The translations under genes were made by a program, and so were the position numbers. From positions 1 to 64,000 of IMG/VR virus record IMGVR_UViG_3300030451_005868: DNA of 64,000 nucleotides, one strand, 5' to 3'. Shown in pieces: positions 56,801 through 64,000 of the stretch; the stretch's first letter is position 1, and each line of letters starts with the position of its first letter. The stretch is from a virus. The notes under the pieces are model-generated. The model made no database searches. It had not been told where the DNA came from and saw only the letters and a program-made list of their open reading frames with translations.

Positions 56801-59800
56801 TTTTCCGTTACTGACCAATGTAATTTTTGTTACTCGGCCGTCAACAACTGTGGCTGTGGCTGTGGCCGCTGTGGTATCAGGCGTTTCGTACATTTTATAC
56901 ACTGTGCTTCTTGAACTTTGACCTGTGTTTGTTGTTGCATCCGGCATCCAAAAAGTGCCTTCATATTCATCAAAACTAAATTCTGTTGCAGTTCCGCTAC
57001 CACCGTTGTTTTGCGTATCCCAAGTTTTTGCCAATCGTTCACTAGTAAACAATGGATAGTAATATCCATAGGTGCCTGATGTTGCCCCTCTATTGCTGTT
57101 GCCTTGAATTTGGAATGGGCCAGTTGATGCTGTGGTTCCCCCAAGCACTGTAACTGTTGGCGCAGTTTCGTATCCTGTTCCGCTGTATGATACCGTAATT
57201 GATGTCACATATTTTTTATGATTATCGTACCAAATCTGATGAGGATATTCTGTTAACTTATCTGAATCAGAGGTTACATTTAGATTACGTATTTTACTTT
57301 CGGCTGAATCATAAAATGGTGGATTATCAAAATCAGAGAATATACCATCTTGGGTATCTGTTGACTCATAACCTAGTTTGTATTCACGTATTTTTGAATG
57401 AAATGGCTTGACTTCGTTTATGTAACTTTCTACCCAACTGTCTGTGCCAGCCGTGTAACTCTTTCTTTGATCTAGTTTTCTAACTGTGTTTGTAACATTA
57501 ATAAATGAAGTTTTAAACAACCAATCCACATATGTTTGTTCTTGTAAAACTTTTCTCAAACCTATGAAGAATAAATTGTTGTATTCTACTGCTAGTTCGT
57601 TTATAAACAAATCATCTCTTAGTGCTGTCAATATATTTCTAGTTTCTTTTGTTGGTTCCTGGTCAAAGAAATTATCATCAAAGTTATCTTCACCAGCAAA
57701 TCCAGTTGCATCTTGCGTGTAGTCATATAATTTTGTGCTTAATCTAATAGTGCCATTCTCTGTTCCTACGTTAGTATAACCTTTAGCAGTCTTCATAAAC
57801 AGTTTCCAACCTCCTGTGTCACCCTGAGTAACTTTGACGTGCTTCCCAACTGCTAGGTCAAGTGAATCTAACTCATATTCATACGTTACCTGGGCATCAA
57901 TAGGAGTATTCTCATCATGAATCATCTCATGTACCTCAGGATCAGTGCCATACCAGTCTACGTAACTCCAATATGCTCCTGTGTTGAAACCTTGTAATTT
58001 TGTTCTATTAAATTGTGTGCCATCCCATGTGTAGATTGACCAGAAATTGTTGGCTGTTTCGTCTGCTTTGACAAGATATTTCACAGCACCTGATAAGTCA
58101 GCAGTATTGATGTATGATAATTCTACATGTGTGTCTACAACGGCATCCCACTCGAGACTTGCCGCAGTTGGCTCAGGATCTGCCTTGTTAAGATTATCAA
58201 GTTTGATTGGTCCAGTCAATTGAATCTTTTTAAGAACTGTGTTAGAATAATCAATAATTTCTTTTAGTGCATTGTAACGATTCACGTACCAACTTTGTCT
58301 TGGGCGTATTTCATTTCCGTATCTTTCATTCAATGGCAAATTAATATCTGGAACCATGTCCCCTTCTATATTTTTTCCAACTAAACTATCCCACCAGCGT
58401 TGTTCAACCTGTGTGCTTGGACGTTGAGCAGGATCTCCTTCTTTGACTAATTTCCAAACAGAATGTGCTGATGCATCACTGTTATTAGTTCTAATATCAA
58501 TGTTAAGTTTGATTGTATCATTAGATAGGCCTCTAACATTTGCCAACAACATTTTGTTTGTATCTGTAGGTGCAAACCATTTGTGTCCTTGTCTCTGTGG
58601 ATTTTCAATTAAATTTTTAACAAAAGCAACTGTGTTTTTTCTACCAACCACACTGTTGAGAGGTATAGCATTATCATCTCTTACCCAATAGTAGTAGTAT
58701 CTAATGGTTCTATCAAGTCTGCCATTGTATCTGTCTTTGATAGTAAGATTGGAGTCGTCTGCATGTAAAGGAATTCCACCTGTGCCCAATTGTTGATACC
58801 TACTTGGAGGAACTGTTGATTCAACCCACTGATAAACATGTATCTGAGATCCAGGGAAAGTTTGTCCCCAATGATTTGTTTTGTATTCTTGGGTGTCTTG
58901 CTCATACCATAGCCACTTGACTTTGGATAGATCCCACCATACTTCACCAATATGTTTTTCTGCCCATGGGGTTTGTCTGTTAGCGTTGGCTCCAAAATTG
59001 TAAACTGCTGGATCCCATGTGGTTTTATATTGTATTTCTCTGTCTGCAATTCCTGGAATACGTCCTTGAACTGGATTATAAAGTTCATAAAAATCTCTGA
59101 TCTGTTTGGTGTTTACATTAAAGTCAAATGTTTGTCCTAATTTTGAAACATCCATAAGTGGAGTTTCAGTTGTAATATTTTTCCAAGCATACTCACCTGA
59201 TTTGTTCGCATCAAAAATTGTAACTGTTCCGTCATCCGCCACAAGTGAACTGCCGTCAGAGCCAACATTACCTTCATCGTCAGGTGCACCTACAAACACA
59301 CTATTATCAATTACGCACACGCCTCTGCCAAAATCGTCATTTGCAGATACACTAGTTGTGACTAATCTTTCATCTATAATAAATTTGGTATTGTATTTTG
59401 TGGCTGTGTATGCACCGCCTGAACCTGTATTTGAATCAACAAATCTAGTGTCCTGTAAATCGAAAGTTGTGGCGTCTAAATCAAACAACATCTGTCTGCT
59501 ATTACCGTTGTTTTCAGCGCCTATCACTAGTCTTGTTGCATCATCGTTTATGTCAATTGAACTTCCAAACTTGTTGTTAATCTGTCCGTCAGGAGCATTA
59601 ATTGTTTGTTGTAATGTATATGCCAGTGTACTGTCACCGTCTGCGTCCCATTTATAATAATAAACTGCTCCAGCATCTGCTTGGTTGCCAACATCTAAAC
59701 CAGGAGCCGTGATCATTAGTGTTGTGCCATCCTTGCTCATTGCTATACTGTCACCAAACTGTGTGTTCACTGACGATCCATCACTGGATACAGCAGAAAG

Positions 59801-62800
59801 TGTTTGCACCAGAGTAAAACTGTGATCAACACTGTCGTCGTTGCTCTGAGAAGTTCTTGTAAATATTTCTACCATACCTGCCTTGCCAGGTGCTTTTGAA
59901 CTTACTGCCAGTATGTCTCCGTTGTCGTTGGCCGCTAATGCATGACCAAATCTTTTATTACTGGCTGGATCATCTGAACTGATTGTTAAGTTTTGTGTCC
60001 ATGTGTCGTACGTAGATCCATCAGATCCTACACCCCATTCATACATGTACACTGCTCCAGTGTCTGTGGATATACCTGGTGCAGACACAAACAAATATTT
60101 CACAGGAGTGCTTCTAATAGAATCTATTGTTGGCTCACATATTTTGTGTGCCCATCCAAAATTTTGACTTGCTTCATCTGTGGGTGGTAATAATGTGTTA
60201 AGTGCTGAATATGTAAAACGAGTAGGATCCCAAACAAAAATTTCAATAAGGCCTGCATCAGCAAATCTTGTGCTACCATCAGAGCCTATGCTGTTGGCAA
60301 AAGGCGCACCTGCTACCACAAAGTTTTCATCTGTACTCATAGTCAGACTGTAACCAAGTCTACCTGTGTTGTCATTACCAGCAGTTGTGGTCACTGTGGA
60401 CTGTGTCTGAAATTCAGTGCCAGCGGATGCAGTACGCCTGAATAAAAAGTGTATTTCGCCTTGGCCTTTTTTAGGAGCAGAAACCACTGCTGTCCTTCCG
60501 TCGTTTCTAGCAACTATTTGTGTGCCAAAATCTTGTTGCGTTGTAGTAGTATCTGGTGAAAGTTGTCTAAACACACTGTAGGCGTTTTGTTTTTCGTATA
60601 CTCTCCATAGTCCTGTACTGTCTGCATCAGTGAATACTTTGTCTCCGGGAGTATCTAATGCATCATTCCTATTACGCCAAACATTGTAGGCAATGTTGTC
60701 ATTGACATTGTCCATTGAATCCATTCTTACAGAAATAAATTTGTATAAACTACCGTATAGATCTGCAGTGGACTCGTCAGCAAGAGTAGGCACGCCAGCA
60801 AGATCTCCATCAAAATCAATAATAACTGACTTGTGATTCACAACAGTTTTGACTTTATATACACCGTTAAGGTCTGGAATCTGAGCGTTGATTATTGCAA
60901 AGAAACTGGCTTCGGTTCTGTTAGTCTGCGCTGACAATCCATGAGAATCATTGAACGTTATAATTATTTCTAAATTATCATTTATTTTTTGCACAGTTAC
61001 AATCTGAACTCCTGCACTTGATAGCCGCAATACGTCCCAATCTTTATTTGATTTGTTTGCCACCCAGACCAGATCATTCCGTGTAATTGTGCTCACATCT
61101 AAATTCACTAAGTCAATTTCGTTAAATGCAGTCAGTTGCACTTGCGCTGGTTGAACATATCCTGCAGTTTTTAATTTTTGTACAGAGTCTCTGCTAACAC
61201 CTTGTGTGTCATAATTGTATTTGCTGAAAGTGGTTGCAGTATCATAATCAACTGGATCATGATAAAAATCTGTTTTGCTAATACCTAAACTTCTAGCGTA
61301 ATCTTTTGTAAAATTTGTAGTGCCGTAAAATTCTAAACTTTGTGGATTTGCTAAGATTTCATTTTCATTTAGAGTAATTTGAATATTTTCTCTGGCATCA
61401 ACATTTCCAAATCTTCCTGTTCTAATCATCCACTCGGGATACATGTTCAAGGTAATATCTTGATCTTCGTATTTGGCTTTTAACAATTTATCAATTGCAT
61501 TCTGCGTGCCTTTTTCTCTGATATAACCTTGATAAAATTTATACTGTGATACATCATTTACAAATAAATTTTCTAAATAATCTCTGCTTTGATAACCAAT
61601 AAGTCTTTGTGCAAGTTCTTGCTGAGACTCGTCAAAATTATTTGTTTCTAAATTATAAAAGTCGTTAAACTGCTGTATCTTGTAATCAAAATTTGGTATC
61701 AATTGTGGTTGAGGTTTTTCATCCTTCAATGTCCAATTACTTGCTTCGAATTGATCTGTGCTGGTGTGATTGCTTTTGGCCACATAAAACTTACCAGAAT
61801 ATTCAACAGTGTCTCCAATTTTGTAATCTTTGTTGCGTGACCAGTATTTTACTTCTGCACTATCAAATACAAATCCAGGAGCGTAGTAATCACCATTCCA
61901 ATTTGACGTTTTCCATCCAACTAATTTCAATCTTTCTTGTCTAAAGCCTGTGTAAGGATCATATATCACATCACTAAACACAGTTTTGTTATCAAATAGT
62001 AATAAATGTTCTTTCTGAACTGTGTTCAGAGATATATTATATAAACCAACGTCAGGCGATTTAATGTTGAGATCAAATGTTTTTCCTATACGCTTAGTTG
62101 ATACTTCTCTAATGTCAAGTTTTCTGCCTCCAGCATCCAACATAGAATAATCGCCGGCAATGTTTTTCAGCCTGCCTACAATAGTGTTGTTGGTGTCAAG
62201 TTCAAAACCATCAGCGGCCGGAGACACTGTAACTGCACTTCCTGGCGCCCAATTCTGTTCGGTCCAGTATAAAAATTCACTGACTGCGTTTCTCCAATTC
62301 AGTGTTTCTTTAATTTCTTTGCTGTATTTGTTGAAACGAAATCCCTGTTGTTCTAAATAATACCCATGCCCTAACAAGAAGTCAGCCACATCCTGTCTAG
62401 TTTCAAACACATATCCATACGGAATAGTTTGCACATCTTGTTGATAGTTGTCGTACACAGCCACTTCTGCATCAATTACACTAACTTTTTTCGCTGTCAA
62501 CGTTTTAATAGGATAATTGAATTTGAAGAATGGTTTAGTAGTTGAATAACCTAAAATTTTATAACCGCCTAACAATGTTGATCCGTCGCTGGATACGTCT
62601 GTGTTTTTTTCTATTAAAACACCTGAATAATCAAATGTTTCCACAGGATTGGAAGTTCTAAATAAAATTTTGTAGTTCTCATCTGGAATAAATTTTGAGC
62701 CTGAAGTTGAACCAGGTGACACTGAATCTGTCAAGACTTTTAAATTGTCTTTGTCTGAAAAGCCTCCCAACTTGTATGCCAACTGTGTTTTTAGTCCTTT

Positions 62801-64000
62801 ACACTTGTCATAAAAGAATGTTTTTGGATCTAAATTTTGCGATGTTAGATATCCAACCACTAGAGGTTGATATCCCGCAGTTGCATATCTGGTCACTGTG
62901 CCTGTTGTGTTGTCAGTTTCAGTCTCAAGATGGTACTTGGCTTTAGCGAGATTTTGTCTTACACCTGTGTCTTTATCTATGTAATTGTTGGCAGTGTTTA
63001 AAGTTAATCTACTGTTATCAAAAAATACTGAGAAAAATTTAGCAGGTTTTGTTAAGGCCAAAGTTTTTACGACAGTATACGGATAAGCACTGGATCTACG
63101 CCAGGCTGTTTCTGCCGGTGCTTGATCACCAAATTTCCAACTTGATCTTCGACCAGGCACATCATAATCTTCAACAAGTCCAGCCGCTATAGGATCTAAC
63201 AGATTTCCTGATGTATCAACTGGCAAATAATTTTTTATATCAGGTTTTCCATATCTACCAGATTCGTTTGCTATCGCACTCCACAACACATCATTGCCTG
63301 CTGTGTATGGTGCGGCACCATACGTGCTGTCCCAGTCACTTGGTTTTTCACTGTGACCCAAAATCTCCCATGGACGTAAATGCGGAGCATCTGTGTCGTA
63401 AAAATATTGATATATGCCTCTCCAATACCCTGGCAGTTTTTCATTATTGAGTCTGTCAGTGGAGTTGCTGTAATTGTAAGTGAAAGGCGAACCTTCTGTG
63501 AACACAGTGTTGTTGATGTATTGCACATTGTTTCTACCTGCCCATACATAAAAGTCAGTGGCCATTATGTCATCTATTTCACTTCTAGTGAATTCTGTTG
63601 ACGTAAATGCACTTGGTTTAACATCGTTGATGTCTAATATGGAAGCGTCATAGGCAGTTTTACAGTTGTTGTAAATTCTTTTTTCTAATTCAAGAATTAA
63701 ATCATCTCTTTCATCGCCATATGCTTTTATAATAGATCCATCATGCCTTCTAATCACATCGGTGGTTGTCAAATAAGTGTCATCAGAAAATAATTCTGGT
63801 TTGAATTTAGGATACATTCCTAATTTAGTAGGAGTAGGTGGAATAAAACTGCCAGTTGTGTCTGCATAGTCTTTGATAATAATTTTGTCTCCGTCTGTCA
63901 ATGTGGCTGATATGTTAATACTATCGTCTGTGGTACTAAACGTGTAATCGTTGCCTTCAAGCAGTTGGACGTCGTTAAGATAAACATACACAGCACGGTT
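53885..64000 (-). CDS. giant virion structural protein (>3370 aa; baseplate-wedge/tail-like), 5' end beyond window
   Basis: Frame is open to base 64000; FG-GAP-like propeller repeats ('FG..I....DG....V.AP', 'GAVY.Y'), carbohydrate-binding-like 'W.....Y..GD.V.Y.G..Y.A' modules, 'YINEVKPFHSKIR', and C-terminal 'GDGSTT.F' repeats. Confidence 0.75.
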   Translation of the reverse strand, partial: NRAVYVYLNDVQLLEGNDYTFSTTDDSINISATLTDGDKIIIKDYADTTGSFIPPTPTKLGMYPKFKPELFSDDTYLTTTDVIRRHDGSIIKAYGDERDDLILELEKRIYNNCKTAYDASILDINDVKPSAFTSTEFTRSEIDDIMATDFYVWAGRNNVQYINNTVFTEGSPFTYNYSNSTDRLNNEKLPGYWRGIYQYFYDTDAPHLRPWEILGHSEKPSDWDSTYGAAPYTAGNDVLWSAIANESGRYGKPDIKNYLPVDTSGNLLDPIAAGLVEDYDVPGRRSSWKFGDQAPAETAWRRSSAYPYTVVKTLALTKPAKFFSVFFDNSRLTLNTANNYIDKDTGVRQNLAKAKYHLETETDNTTGTVTRYATAGYQPLVVGYLTSQNLDPKTFFYDKCKGLKTQLAYKLGGFSDKDNLKVLTDSVSPGSTSGSKFIPDENYKILFRTSNPVETFDYSGVLIEKNTDVSSDGSTLLGGYKILGYSTTKPFFKFNYPIKTLTAKKVSVIDAEVAVYDNYQQDVQTIPYGYVFETRQDVADFLLGHGYYLEQQGFRFNKYSKEIKETLNWRNAVSEFLYWTEQNWAPGSAVTVSPAADGFELDTNNTIVGRLKNIAGDYSMLDAGGRKLDIREVSTKRIGKTFDLNIKSPDVGLYNISLNTVQKEHLLLFDNKTVFSDVIYDPYTGFRQERLKLVGWKTSNWNGDYYAPGFVFDSAEVKYWSRNKDYKIGDTVEYSGKFYVAKSNHTSTDQFEASNWTLKDEKPQPQLIPNFDYKIQQFNDFYNLETNNFDESQQELAQRLIGYQSRDYLENLFVNDVSQYKFYQGYIREKGTQNAIDKLLKAKYEDQDITLNMYPEWMIRTGRFGNVDARENIQITLNENEILANPQSLEFYGTTNFTKDYARSLGISKTDFYHDPVDYDTATTFSKYNYDTQGVSRDSVQKLKTAGYVQPAQVQLTAFNEIDLVNLDVSTITRNDLVWVANKSNKDWDVLRLSSAGVQIVTVQKINDNLEIIITFNDSHGLSAQTNRTEASFFAIINAQIPDLNGVYKVKTVVNHKSVIIDFDGDLAGVPTLADESTADLYGSLYKFISVRMDSMDNVNDNIAYNVWRNRNDALDTPGDKVFTDADSTGLWRVYEKQNAYSVFRQLSPDTTTTQQDFGTQIVARNDGRTAVVSAPKKGQGEIHFLFRRTASAGTEFQTQSTVTTTAGNDNTGRLGYSLTMSTDENFVVAGAPFANSIGSDGSTRFADAGLIEIFVWDPTRFTYSALNTLLPPTDEASQNFGWAHKICEPTIDSIRSTPVKYLFVSAPGISTDTGAVYMYEWGVGSDGSTYDTWTQNLTISSDDPASNKRFGHALAANDNGDILAVSSKAPGKAGMVEIFTRTSQSNDDSVDHSFTLVQTLSAVSSDGSSVNTQFGDSIAMSKDGTTLMITAPGLDVGNQADAGAVYYYKWDADGDSTLAYTLQQTINAPDGQINNKFGSSIDINDDATRLVIGAENNGNSRQMLFDLDATTFDLQDTRFVDSNTGSGGAYTATKYNTKFIIDERLVTTSVSANDDFGRGVCVIDNSVFVGAPDDEGNVGSDGSSLVADDGTVTIFDANKSGEYAWKNITTETPLMDVSKLGQTFDFNVNTKQIRDFYELYNPVQGRIPGIADREIQYKTTWDPAVYNFGANANRQTPWAEKHIGEVWWDLSKVKWLWYEQDTQEYKTNHWGQTFPGSQIHVYQWVESTVPPSRYQQLGTGGIPLHADDSNLTIKDRYNGRLDRTIRYYYYWVRDDNAIPLNSVVGRKNTVAFVKNLIENPQRQGHKWFAPTDTNKMLLANVRGLSNDTIKLNIDIRTNNSDASAHSVWKLVKEGDPAQRPSTQVEQRWWDSLVGKNIEGDMVPDINLPLNERYGNEIRPRQSWYVNRYNALKEIIDYSNTVLKKIQLTGPIKLDNLNKADPEPTAASLEWDAVVDTHVELSYINTADLSGAVKYLVKADETANNFWSIYTWDGTQFNRTKLQGFNTGAYWSYVDWYGTDPEVHEMIHDENTPIDAQVTYEYELDSLDLAVGKHVKVTQGDTGGWKLFMKTAKGYTNVGTENGTIRLSTKLYDYTQDATGFAGEDNFDDNFFDQEPTKETRNILTALRDDLFINELAVEYNNLFFIGLRKVLQEQTYVDWLFKTSFINVTNTVRKLDQRKSYTAGTDSWVESYINEVKPFHSKIREYKLGYESTDTQDGIFSDFDNPPFYDSAESKIRNLNVTSDSDKLTEYPHQIWYDNHKKYVTSITVSYSGTGYETAPTVTVLGGTTASTGPFQIQGNSNRGATSGTYGYYYPLFTSERLAKTWDTQNNGGSGTATEFSFDEYEGTFWMPDATTNTGQSSRSTVYKMYETPDTTAATATATVVDGRVTKITLVSNGKNYTTTPTVVLTGGKNDGTTPSDTARAYANLQNDLVRDIDTTIKFDRVHPVHAVVDWAINTSYAYGQLIRYNNELYKATDHFTSNTKFNDNIGKVYKIRGDETGLTAADRTAGFYTPGSGMPGNELSQLMAGVDYGGTMVTGLLFRQGQGWDNADWYDYPWDNFGDTRVKAFIADGSTNTYTFTTAPAKSDVYSVYTTLGDSTRTKLSDVFRGDGSTTSFQLSTTPDENALVEFIPIDDDGVLTPTDDRTLDTLLKGGLFNTALGTAASDILTDGDQFVSPETSYAPEEAVPGQMFDTVDIKVYTSPESGVPFITENLYTGDAVTTTFALGDFPGSLASVTVSVDGTVKRLTTDYTVDVGDKTITFGSAPGLGKAISVRTFAVSGENYRVLDQYRGDGSTTTFTTSTRGEFNLDSTASDIYVTIDGGPTTLFSTTTTANTITVTFDSAPAANAFVQIAGFNKSTTSTRSFASIRNELITFNSAITRYTLSFPPGAIGPLSGLTMIEVGGKMLRGPDISYYVGDGTTTRYGFNPLTGLGEDSTFTNTLGEDSTIDPVKTITDPSQIVVHVNGVKQVQNTDYVVDLAGTILTADETDTVDTTLVTTDVAGSPDRISFVTAPAQNDLIAISTLVDNHYTVDGTDVILEPAQISSDGYSLSSGDVINVTTFNNALGMKLRREVLEGKTNNVFKLRFDTLNPSYTFAWFNGEQLTPGTGFTVSGNTLTVLNKTSITSSDRLDVMYFAVESAIGATGFRIFKDMLNRTFYKRINKNATTKIAQDVTDESIVIQVEDGTVLPEPNAANNIPGVIFVDKERIEYFTKSGDTLGQLRRGTLGTGIKDHSSGTAVVDASGTQTIPYTDTVYTNTFTGDGSTATFNLSQTPASASELDIFIGGQRLLLTSEDGSTINYSVDGSTAAVTLSTAPAADTQVKILHKRGQVWYTAADGNPADGKGLQASSTVQARFIADEPTNAPE

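Noticed and set aside
283-63601. Many 60-360 aa ORFs antisense to or nested in the called genes (e.g. 283-759, 6942-7466, 16748-17275, 48341-49429, 50516-51235)
   Set aside because: They shadow well-supported genes on the other strand or frame, lack RBS and motifs, and are expected from codon bias.
1-64000. CRISPR array, tRNA or rRNA genes, stop-codon reassignment
   Set aside because: Intergenic gaps are nearly all under 100 nt with no repeat-spacer pattern or cloverleaf recognised, and genes are full length under the standard code with TAA, TAG and TGA all used as stops. A tRNA scan was not run.

Overview
The window is a gene-dense, AT-rich segment of a large T4-like or jumbo-type tailed phage genome. 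The host is probably aquatic, possibly an alphaproteobacterium (weak inference from the auxiliary genes). It has two convergent arms that meet with no gap at 30945/30946. The + arm (1-30945) carries probable capsid-internal/head-associated proteins, a family-B DNA polymerase, a probable sliding clamp, RNase H-like 5'-3' exonuclease and a MoxR AAA/VWA pair. It also carries a 7-deazaguanine DNA-modification set (DpdA/TGT-like transglycosylase, FolE, QueE, a DpdL-type QueD paralogue; no QueC or canonical QueD in the window), interleaved with a GT-B glycosyltransferase, GalE and a guanine salvage module (NCS2 permease, phosphoribosyltransferase, GMP reductase). The - arm carries a >3370-aa virion protein running off the window edge, three paralogous tail-fibre-like proteins, and a ~16.4 kb operon with its own sigma70-type promoter. 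That operon holds four glycosyltransferase-like genes, five tandem N-terminal-twitch radical SAM paralogues, SGNH-like proteins, a carbamoyltransferase with a tiny SxtK-like partner and a nucleotide-sugar epimerase; it is the best candidate for an undescribed system (phage-encoded complex glycan or virion modification). Sequence-level oddities are apparent avoidance of AGCT and GCWGC, promoters placed for leaderless mRNAs, and recurrent [GS]SDGS[TS] motifs in the giant virion protein. I recognised no tRNA, rRNA, CRISPR array, integrase or transposase. All calls come from motif reading by eye; no database searches or counts were run.
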